In this document: positions 20,711 to 28,867 of the stretch, piece after piece
How the letters are laid out: every line of letters begins with the position of its first letter
How positions within the stretch are numbered: position 1 is the stretch's first letter
Assembly (NCBI GenBank): GCA_041619515.1
Contig: JBFKDW010000015.1
Location: 1 to 45,411 of the forward strand
DNA length: 45,411 bases
Reading direction: 5' to 3'
From: Acidimicrobiia bacterium
GTDB lineage: Bacteria; Actinomycetota; Acidimicrobiia; Spongiisociales; SHLN01
Notes under the pieces: model-generated
Seen by the model: the letters and a program-made list of their open reading frames with translations, nothing else
The model's database searches: none
Told to the model about the DNA's origin: nothing
Translations under genes and position numbers: made by a program

Positions 20711-20843
20711 GAGATTTCAGTGTACGACCAAAGCAGCCACCCGATCTGCATTTCGGCACTGAATGCGTCGTCTTCAGCCTCAAGTGTTCACTCTCGGCGG
20801 TCGATAACACGTGACGTAGCTGACTCGACCACTGTGAGGAAGA

Positions 20844-23120
20844 ATGAAGCGCCTGGCCGCTGCCGTGACCGCCCTCGTCATCTTGATACCACTCCACGGA
20901 GCCATCGCCGGGGCGGGTGACACGTCGGGTACCGAGATGGCGTTCTACGACCCGGGTAGCTCCCGCTGGCAACTGCCGGATGCATCGGCCTTCTATTACG
21001 GCGCTCCCGGCGACACCCCCCTGCTGTGTGACTGGAACGGTGACGGAATCGCCACCGTCGGCGTGTACCGGGAGAGCACCGGGTACCTGCTGCTCCATGA
21101 CGGGCTCAGCACCGGAGCGGCCAGCTACGAGTTCTACTATGGAATACCCGGGGACCGGCCCTTGTGCGGCGACTGGAATGGGGACGGGATCGACACCATC
21201 GCCATCTTCCGGCCATCCGAGTCGCGGTTCTATTTGCGCAACGTCAACTCCCAGGGGTTCGGGCAGAAGGAGTTCCGGTTCGGATTCCCGAACGGGGTTC
21301 CCTTCGCCGGCGACTTCAATGGAGACGGCATCGACACGGTCGGAGTCCGCGATCCGAAGAACGGGTTTGTCGCCCTGGCCCGGGGACATGTCTCCGACAG
21401 CCCGGTGATGGAAGCCTATTTCGGAGCGTCCACCGACACGCTGGTGGTCGGAGACTGGGACGGGGACGGGATCGATCGCATCGCCGTGTATCAGCCGGCC
21501 ACCAAGACCCTGGCGGTGACCAACCTGTTCGGCTCCACCAAGATCGCGGCGGTGTACGACCTGGGCGGAGTGTCCGGCATACCGCTCGCTGCCGAATTCA
21601 ACCCTGCCAGCGGCCTTCACACCACCCACGCCGAATACACCGGCCAGCTGAAGGACGTCGTCACTCCCAAAGACCCCCCCGTGGCGGAGCCCCCGCCGGA
21701 GAAGGAGCTCCCTCCGGAAAAAGAGTCGACCGGCGAGGTGCCTGATACGGAGCCCGCTTCACCCATCGTCAAGCCGGCGGTCCCGATCCCGGCCGATGCG
21801 GTGCGGATCGCGCCGGGAACCAGCATTCAGAACGCGGTCAACCAGCATGGCGGCAACACCACCTTCCTGCTGACCGCCGGCGTTCACCGGGAGCAGCAAG
21901 TCAAACCCAAGTCGGGCCAGACCTTCATCGGAGAGGCCGGGGCGGTCATGAGCGGAGCCCGGCTGCTGTCCGGCTGGCAGCGTGACGGGAGCCGCTGGTT
22001 CGTAGGCGGCCAGACCCAATCGGGCCGCCAGCACGGGTCCTGTGAGTCCCATGCTCCCCGGTGCGCGTATCCCGAGGAACTGTTCATCAACGACGTCAGG
22101 ATGAAGCACGTCACGGGCAAGGATCAGGTCGGGCCCGGCACGTGGTTCTTCGACTACGGATCCGACCGGATCTACATCGGCGACGATCCGGCCGGCAAGC
22201 GGGTCGAGACCTCCGTCACCGAGAAGGCCTTCTACGGCCAGGTGAGCGACGTCACCATCACCGGCCTCGTGATAGAGAAGTACGCCGGGCCGGCACAGGT
22301 GGGTGCCATCGACACCAGGGACAACCCGAGCGGCAAGACCAACGGCTCCAACTGGCTCATCGCCAACAACGAGGTGCGCAACAATCACGGCGTCGGCATC
22401 AAGTCGACCAACGGCAGCAAGGTCGTCGGCAACTACGTGCATCACAACGGCCAGCTCGGTCTCGGCGGCGACGGTCCCGGAATGGTCATCGAGAACAACG
22501 AGATCTCGTACAACAACGCGGCCGGCTATGCCTACGGATGGGAAGGCGGCGGCACGAAGTGGTCGCATTCGACCGATCTCGTCGTGCGCAACAACTACTC
22601 GCACCACAACGTCGGGCCCGGGTTGTGGACCGACATCGACAACATCCGGACCACCTACGAGGGCAACCGGGTGACCGACAACGTCGGAATCGGAATCTTC
22701 CACGAGATCTCCTACGACGCGGTCATCCGCAACAACTACATCGAGGGCAACGGGTTCGGCCAAACGGCATGGCTGTGGGGAGCCGGCATCGTGGTGGCGG
22801 CCTCGCCGAACGTGGAGATCTACGGCAATGAGGTCATCAACAACGGAGATGGCATCGCCGGCATCCAGCAGGACCGGTCGGATGCGCCATCGTCCTACGG
22901 CCCGCAGCTCGTCACCAACCTGTACGTCCACGACAACCGGATCACGATGGCCCAGGGTCAGACCGGGCTGGTGCAGGACACCGGAGACAACGGGATCTTC
23001 ACCAATCGGAACAATCGGTTCGTGAACAACGTGTACGTGCTCGGCGGTGACGGGCACCAATTCGAATGGAACAACGGTGGCCGCACCCTGGCCGAGTGGT
23101 CCGCATTCGGTCAGTCCTGA
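20844..23120 (+). CDS. Secreted protein with 4 DxN/DGDG repeats and a right-handed beta-helix domain (paralogue 1)
   Basis: Signal peptide; repeats at 21030/21171/21312/21453; Pro/Glu linker; Asn-ladder beta-helix with GLWTD..GIFHEISYD. Confidence 0.8.
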   Translation: MKRLAAAVTALVILIPLHGAIAGAGDTSGTEMAFYDPGSSRWQLPDASAFYYGAPGDTPLLCDWNGDGIATVGVYRESTGYLLLHDGLSTGAASYEFYYGIPGDRPLCGDWNGDGIDTIAIFRPSESRFYLRNVNSQGFGQKEFRFGFPNGVPFAGDFNGDGIDTVGVRDPKNGFVALARGHVSDSPVMEAYFGASTDTLVVGDWDGDGIDRIAVYQPATKTLAVTNLFGSTKIAAVYDLGGVSGIPLAAEFNPASGLHTTHAEYTGQLKDVVTPKDPPVAEPPPEKELPPEKESTGEVPDTEPASPIVKPAVPIPADAVRIAPGTSIQNAVNQHGGNTTFLLTAGVHREQQVKPKSGQTFIGEAGAVMSGARLLSGWQRDGSRWFVGGQTQSGRQHGSCESHAPRCAYPEELFINDVRMKHVTGKDQVGPGTWFFDYGSDRIYIGDDPAGKRVETSVTEKAFYGQVSDVTITGLVIEKYAGPAQVGAIDTRDNPSGKTNGSNWLIANNEVRNNHGVGIKSTNGSKVVGNYVHHNGQLGLGGDGPGMVIENNEISYNNAAGYAYGWEGGGTKWSHSTDLVVRNNYSHHNVGPGLWTDIDNIRTTYEGNRVTDNVGIGIFHEISYDAVIRNNYIEGNGFGQTAWLWGAGIVVAASPNVEIYGNEVINNGDGIAGIQQDRSDAPSSYGPQLVTNLYVHDNRITMAQGQTGLVQDTGDNGIFTNRNNRFVNNVYVLGGDGHQFEWNNGGRTLAEWSAFGQS

Positions 23121-23194
23121 CAGCTCGGCCGGTTCCTCGATTTGGGCATTGTGACGCAGAGTGCTTAGAGTCGCCACGCGCTGACACAGGTTAC

Positions 23195-25351
23195 ATGACG
23201 ATGGGCAGGAGAACTCGGACCACAAGCCGCCGTATGGTGGCGGCATTTGCGCTCATCGCGTCTGCGCTGGTTGCGATCGGTCCGGCGGCCGCCGCCGGCT
23301 CCGAGCAAGTTGCCTTCTACGATGCCGGGCTCGGGCTGTGGCGCATGGAAGGGATCGGCGACTTCTACTACGGGGTGCCGGAGGACCGTCCCTTGCTGTG
23401 CGACTGGAACGGGGACGGGACCGACACCGTCGGCCTGTTCCGATCCGACACCGGCTTCCTCCACCTGCGCCAATCCAACGACTTCGGCTTTGCGGACGTC
23501 TCGATCTTCTTCGGCATCCCGGGTGACCGCCCGGTGTGCGGGGACTGGAACGGTGATGGCGTCGACACCATCGGCGTCTACCGGCCGTCGACGGCCACCT
23601 TCTACCTCCGCAACAGCAACACCACCGGCTTTGCCGATCAGCAGTTCGTGTTCGGCGACGGCTACGGGACTCCGATCGCAGGCAATTGGAACGGCGACGG
23701 AAAGGACACCGTCGGCCTCTGGAAGCTGGCGCACGGCTATTTCGAGCTCTCGTACGGCAACACCAGCACTCTCGGGCCCTACGGGCATTTCGGTAATCCC
23801 GGCGAGCCCGTCGTTACCGGTGACTTCGACGGCGACGGTCGTGACACACTGGGTGTCTATCGACCCGGGAACGGCCACCTCTACCTGCACGGCCTCGGCG
23901 AAGCTTCCGGCGCTCCCCTCGAGTACGTCGTCGGCCGCCATGTGGGGATTCCGGCGGCGGGGGCAACCGGCGGCCGGGTGCCCGACCCGGTGGGCTCGGG
24001 CGGGCCCCAACCCGAGCCGGAGGTCCCACCCGGGGCCATCAGCGTGTACCCCGGGTCGAGCATCCAGGACGCCATCGACGGCGCGCCGGACGGGTCGACG
24101 TTCTACATTCGCGCCGGGGTCCACCGCATGCAGCGGTTCCGGCCCAAGCCCGGGAACGTGATCATCGGCGAGCCGGGAGCAGTGCTCAACGGCTCGCGGC
24201 TGCTGACCGGCTGGTCGCAGGATGGCGGCCAATGGTGGGTGGGCGGCCAGACTCAGGACGGCGGCCGGCACGGCCGCTGCGAGAGCTCGGCTCCCCGCTG
24301 CAGCCACGGCGAGGACCTCTTCATCGACAACGTGCGGCTCGACCACGTCGACAGCCGATCCCAGGTCGGTCCCGGCCGCTGGTTCTTCGATTACGGGGCC
24401 GATCGCATCTACATCGGAGATAATCCATCGGGCAGGACGGTGGAAACCAGCGTGACCGCCGGGGCGATCGTCGGCAACTCTCCGAACGTGACGATCACCG
24501 GCCTCATCGTCGAGAAATACGCCAACCTCGCCCAGCACGGTGCGATCGACAATCGATACAACAATTCCGACGCCGGGGGCGACAACTGGGTGATTTCCGG
24601 CAACGAGGTGCGCCTCAATCACGGGGTCGGCATCAAGGTAGGAAAGAACGCCAGGGTCGAGCGGAACAACATCCATCACAACGGCCAGCTCGGGGTGGGA
24701 GCGGTCGGCTCCGGATCGCTGTTCGAGGGCAACGAGATCGCCTACAACGGTGATATCCCCTACGAGGTGGATTGGGAGCGAGGTGCCACCAAGTTCGCGG
24801 AAACCACCAACGTCCAGCTGATCAACAACTATGTGCACCACAACTACGGTCCCGGCCTGTGGGCCGACCTCAATTGCAAAGACATGCTGTTTGCCGACAA
24901 CACAATCGTCGGGAACTCCAAGGCGGGGATCTATTACGAGATCAGCTACGACGCCGTCATCCGCGACAACTATCTCGAGGGCAACGGGCTTGCCTTCGAT
25001 CCCTGGCTGTGGGGCGGCGGCATCGTCATCTCCTCATCCCCGAACGTCGAGATCTACGGGAACACGGTCGTCAACAACGGCGACGGGATCGGGGCGGTGG
25101 AGCAGGACCGCAGCAGCGACCCGGCACGGTATGGGCCGCTCCAGATACGGAACCTGTACGTGCACGACAACAACGTCACGATGTCACAGGGCCTGACCGG
25201 CGTGGCGCAAGACCACGGGAACAATGCGATCTTCAGCAGCCAGAACAACCGGTTCGAGAACAACACCTACAACATCGGCTCCGGCAACTTCTTCGAGTGG
25301 GACAACGGGCAGCGCACCTATGATGCCTGGCTCGCCTACGGCCTCGATTAG
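23195..25351 (+). CDS. Secreted protein with 4 DxN/DGDG repeats and a right-handed beta-helix domain (paralogue 2)
   Basis: Signal peptide containing SRRMV; repeats at 23402/23543/23684/23822; beta-helix with GLWAD..GIYYEISYD. Start could be 23195, 23201 or 23234. Confidence 0.8.
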   Translation: MTMGRRTRTTSRRMVAAFALIASALVAIGPAAAAGSEQVAFYDAGLGLWRMEGIGDFYYGVPEDRPLLCDWNGDGTDTVGLFRSDTGFLHLRQSNDFGFADVSIFFGIPGDRPVCGDWNGDGVDTIGVYRPSTATFYLRNSNTTGFADQQFVFGDGYGTPIAGNWNGDGKDTVGLWKLAHGYFELSYGNTSTLGPYGHFGNPGEPVVTGDFDGDGRDTLGVYRPGNGHLYLHGLGEASGAPLEYVVGRHVGIPAAGATGGRVPDPVGSGGPQPEPEVPPGAISVYPGSSIQDAIDGAPDGSTFYIRAGVHRMQRFRPKPGNVIIGEPGAVLNGSRLLTGWSQDGGQWWVGGQTQDGGRHGRCESSAPRCSHGEDLFIDNVRLDHVDSRSQVGPGRWFFDYGADRIYIGDNPSGRTVETSVTAGAIVGNSPNVTITGLIVEKYANLAQHGAIDNRYNNSDAGGDNWVISGNEVRLNHGVGIKVGKNARVERNNIHHNGQLGVGAVGSGSLFEGNEIAYNGDIPYEVDWERGATKFAETTNVQLINNYVHHNYGPGLWADLNCKDMLFADNTIVGNSKAGIYYEISYDAVIRDNYLEGNGLAFDPWLWGGGIVISSSPNVEIYGNTVVNNGDGIGAVEQDRSSDPARYGPLQIRNLYVHDNNVTMSQGLTGVAQDHGNNAIFSSQNNRFENNTYNIGSGNFFEWDNGQRTYDAWLAYGLD

Positions 25352-25383
25352 CCGAGCGACGGCACCTCCATAGACTCCCGCCG

Positions 25384-26916
25384 ATGAAAGCCTCGGGCCG
25401 TGCGCTGGCCCTCCCCGGTATCGCGCTCGCAACGGTCCTCCTCGTCGCCGCCATCGTCCTGTGGCCGTCGAGCCCCGCCCCGAGCCAGCCGTCGACGCCG
25501 GAGACGACCACCACGACGTCGAGCACCGCCGCCACCGGCACGGAAACCACTGCTGTCGATCCGGGGCCGACCACCACGACCGTTCCCGCCGGCCCACCAA
25601 CCATCGTGGTGGCTCCCGGAGACGATCTCGCCCGCCTGGCGGCATCTGAGCCGCCGGGAACCACCTTCGTGCTCGAGCCGGGCATCCACCGGGGCGAATC
25701 CATCGTGCCCCGCGACGGGCAAACCTTCATCGGGTACCCGGGCTCGATCCTGAGCGGGGCCGAGGTCCTGAGCTCGTGGGTGGAACGCAACGGCTTGTGG
25801 CTCATCGACGGGCAGGAGGCGGAGGGCCGGGCGCACGGTCAGTGTCTCGACGACCGTCCCCGCTGCGTGCATCCCGAGGATCTCTTCATCGACGACCGGG
25901 TGCTGAGACACGTCGGCTCGGTCTCACAGGTCGGGCCCGGAACCTGGTTCTTCGACTACGGGAGCGACACGATCTACCTGGGCGAGGACCCCGCCGGCCG
26001 GGTGGTCGAGCTGAGTGTGGTACAGCAAGCGTTCTCCGGTGCCGCCCACAACGTGACAATCCGCCGGCTGGTTGTCGAGAAGTACGCCAACCCCGCCCAG
26101 GTGGGCGCGATCGACAGCCGCGCCGACGGTGAGGACCTCGTCGGCGGATCGGACTGGATGATCGTGGCCAACGTCGTGCGATGGAATCATGGGGTCGGGG
26201 TTGCGGCCACCACCGGGGCCACTGTGCGCGACAACCTGGTGTACGAGAACGGACAGCTCGGTGTTGCCGCCAAAGGGGCCGGGGTCAGCTTCATCGGCAA
26301 CGAGATCTATGGCAACAACACAGCAGGTTTCAGCTCGGGCTGGGAGGCGGGAGGATCCAAGTTCGCCTACACCAGCGGCCTCGTGGTGAGAGACAACTAC
26401 GTCCACAACAACGCCGGTGTCGGCTTGTGGACCGACATCGACAACATCGACACGGTGTTCGACTCCAATCGGGTCATCGACAACGACCGTATCGGCATCT
26501 TCCACGAGATCAGCTACGACGCCGTCATCTCCAACAACGAGGTGCGGGGGAACGGATTCGGCTTCGACGCCTGGCTGTGGGGAGCCGGCATCGCAGTGGC
26601 GACGTCGGTCAACGTCGAGGTGTTCGGGAACGTCGTCGAGGGAAACGCCGACGGCATCGTCGGCATCGATCAGGACCGGACCGGTGCCCCCGCCTCATAC
26701 GGACCGCTGTCGCTCGAGAACCTGGCCGTGCACGACAACATCATCACCGGCAACGAGGGGTGGACCGGCCTGGGCCAGGACCTGGGCGACAACTCGGTCT
26801 TCACCTCCCGCAACAACCGGTTCTACGACAATGTCTTCGACCAGGATGGGCTCCACTTCTTCTGGCTCAACGACCCTCGCACCTATCAGCAGTGGCTCGA
26901 CTACGGGCAGTCCTGA
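25384..26916 (+). CDS. Membrane-anchored or secreted right-handed beta-helix protein (paralogue 3)
   Basis: N-terminal hydrophobic helix, Thr/Pro-rich stalk, beta-helix with GLWTD..GIFHEISYD. TAGACT-N7-ATG suggests a leaderless start. Confidence 0.8.
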   Translation: MKASGRALALPGIALATVLLVAAIVLWPSSPAPSQPSTPETTTTTSSTAATGTETTAVDPGPTTTTVPAGPPTIVVAPGDDLARLAASEPPGTTFVLEPGIHRGESIVPRDGQTFIGYPGSILSGAEVLSSWVERNGLWLIDGQEAEGRAHGQCLDDRPRCVHPEDLFIDDRVLRHVGSVSQVGPGTWFFDYGSDTIYLGEDPAGRVVELSVVQQAFSGAAHNVTIRRLVVEKYANPAQVGAIDSRADGEDLVGGSDWMIVANVVRWNHGVGVAATTGATVRDNLVYENGQLGVAAKGAGVSFIGNEIYGNNTAGFSSGWEAGGSKFAYTSGLVVRDNYVHNNAGVGLWTDIDNIDTVFDSNRVIDNDRIGIFHEISYDAVISNNEVRGNGFGFDAWLWGAGIAVATSVNVEVFGNVVEGNADGIVGIDQDRTGAPASYGPLSLENLAVHDNIITGNEGWTGLGQDLGDNSVFTSRNNRFYDNVFDQDGLHFFWLNDPRTYQQWLDYGQS

Positions 26917-26980
26917 GAGGCGAGGACCGTCCCGACCGCAGGCGACCCGGCGCCGGTGTTCTCAGCGCCCCGGGCAGCGG

Positions 26981-28810
26981 TTAGCGCGGCTGTTTCGCCT
27001 TCCGCACCGATTTGCCCTTCCTGGCCGCTCCGTTGTCCCGGGCGGTGCCGCTGCCTCCACCGCCGAGTATGTCCTTGAGCGAGCCCTCCACTTCGGTCTG
27101 ATCAGCCCGGAGCGGCGAACGGTTGTAGACATAGCCCATCGGCTTCGTCCCTATGAAGGCGAGGCGGTCCACCACCTCCTCGAGCTCGCCGACGGGGCCG
27201 CCGTGGTTGACCACCAGCAGGGCGGCGTCGGCATAGCGGGAAATGATGCTGGTGTACGCCACGTGAAGCAGCGGAGGGGTGTCTATCAGCACGAGGTCGA
27301 ACTCGTCCCGGATGCCTTCGAAGAACACCCGGGTGGCGGCGCTCCTGAAGAAGTTTGCTGCGATCACCGGCCGATGGCCGCGTGCGAGGAGGTTCAAGGA
27401 GGCCCCGTCGGCCACCGGCACGGTTACGATTGCCCGCCGCAGATCGGCGCCCGTCTCGACCACCTCGGTGATCCCCGTCGCCGGCGGGATATCTCCCACC
27501 AGCATCTGGCTCAGGTTCTGGCTGCCGAAGTCGGCGTCGATCACGAGCACCCGATTGCCTTCCCGGGCGGCTGCCATGGCCGCGTTCGCCATGACCGTCG
27601 TCTTGCCGTCTCGTGCGTTGCCGGAGACGACGACCAGCGAACGGGCTCCAGACGCCGCCGATTGGATGTCGATGGCCGCAGCGGCGAAGCGGAACGACTC
27701 GGCGGTCCTTGTTTGCGGCATGTCCTGGACGGGAAGCGCCGTGGTGATGTGCTCGTCCCCGAAGCGGGGGATCTCGGCAATGATCGGGGCCTCGACGATG
27801 ATCTCCGGTTCGGCCCGGCTGGTGAAGCTGCGGCGGCGAATAGCCACCGAGTAGGCAATGGCGAGTGCCGCCAGGGCCCCGGCCACCGCTCCGATGATCC
27901 CCGCCCGCGTCTCCTCCCGGCCGTCGCCCTTGGGAAGCTGGGCTTCTGAGATGAGGGCGATGCCGCGTGTCACCAGCTTGGAGTCGACGGCAATCTGGTC
28001 GCGGCGAACTTCGAGTGTTGCCCGCCGTTCGATCGTGCTTTGCAGCTCCTGGATGAGGGGGCTCAGAGTGGGGTTGGTGCCCTCGGCGTTCTGAATCTCC
28101 TGGTATGTCCGGACTTGCACGAGCAGGTCGGCGAGCTCGAGCCTGATCTCGGCCGCCCTGGCGGTGGATGTCGTCGAGACCAGCTCGCTCTGCAGGGCCA
28201 CGATCCGGTCGATGGCGGCAGTGAACTGGTTGTCCAGCTCTTCCCGCTGCGAACTGGCCGACCGGGCCACCGTGACTCGACGCTGGAGCTCGGCCACCTG
28301 TTCGTCGACGAGTGCCAGGGAGGCGTCGAGCTCGTCGAGCGCTGCCTGAGCGCTCGCCTCCGCGGTCTGCTCCTTGATCGTCTGGTAGGCACCGATGAGC
28401 GCGTTGGCCACGATCTGTGCCTCTTCCCGATCCGAACTGGCGACTCGAATGGTGATCAGGCTGCTGCTGGAGTCGCCTTCGACACTCGACATGTCGCTGA
28501 CATCGTCGTCAAAATCGGGGAGGACGGACAGGATGATCTCCTCGGCTCCCCGCTCCACGGCCGGCGAGTCGAGGATCTCAACCTGGTCGGCCGTGTACCG
28601 CTCCGACTGGGCGCTGCTTCGGGAATCGAACACTCCGATGGAGCCGGGATCTTCCACGACCAGCTCGGCCTTGGCGGTGAAGACGGGCGGGGTGAAGGTC
28701 GCCCAGGCAACGCCCAGCGCTCCGCCCAGCATCACGATCAGCGCTACGAGCCACTTATAGCGCCAGACCGCGCCGGGAATCGTCGGGTCGAGAGGTGAGA
28801 TGTCGTTCAT
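26981..28810 (-). CDS. Wzc-like polysaccharide co-polymerase / BY-kinase-fold ATPase (copy 2)
   Basis: WRYKWLVALIV, AELVVEDP, RYTADQVEILDSP, Walker A GNARDGKTT, VLVIDADFG, DLVLIDTPP. No Tyr cluster. Confidence 0.85.
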   Translation of the reverse strand: MNDISPLDPTIPGAVWRYKWLVALIVMLGGALGVAWATFTPPVFTAKAELVVEDPGSIGVFDSRSSAQSERYTADQVEILDSPAVERGAEEIILSVLPDFDDDVSDMSSVEGDSSSSLITIRVASSDREEAQIVANALIGAYQTIKEQTAEASAQAALDELDASLALVDEQVAELQRRVTVARSASSQREELDNQFTAAIDRIVALQSELVSTTSTARAAEIRLELADLLVQVRTYQEIQNAEGTNPTLSPLIQELQSTIERRATLEVRRDQIAVDSKLVTRGIALISEAQLPKGDGREETRAGIIGAVAGALAALAIAYSVAIRRRSFTSRAEPEIIVEAPIIAEIPRFGDEHITTALPVQDMPQTRTAESFRFAAAAIDIQSAASGARSLVVVSGNARDGKTTVMANAAMAAAREGNRVLVIDADFGSQNLSQMLVGDIPPATGITEVVETGADLRRAIVTVPVADGASLNLLARGHRPVIAANFFRSAATRVFFEGIRDEFDLVLIDTPPLLHVAYTSIISRYADAALLVVNHGGPVGELEEVVDRLAFIGTKPMGYVYNRSPLRADQTEVEGSLKDILGGGGSGTARDNGAARKGKSVRKAKQPR

Positions 28811-28867
28811 GAACTCTTGCCTAGCTAGGGGTTGGATATCGGCGGGGGACTCGGGGTGGTTGAGGGG

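Noticed and set aside
21030..23842. Regularly spaced DNA repeats as a possible CRISPR array
   Set aside because: The 141-bp period is in frame with synonymous variation, so these are protein repeats. No cas genes are present.
20844..26916. Alginate-type mannuronan C5-epimerases (AlgE/AlgG)
   Set aside because: The catalytic DPH[DE] motif is absent from all three proteins and there are no alg8/alg44/algD genes. The resemblance is architectural only.
12160..28810. Polysaccharide locus as a mobile island
   Set aside because: No integrase, transposase, tRNA or flanking direct repeats were seen, and composition looks like the flanks by eye.
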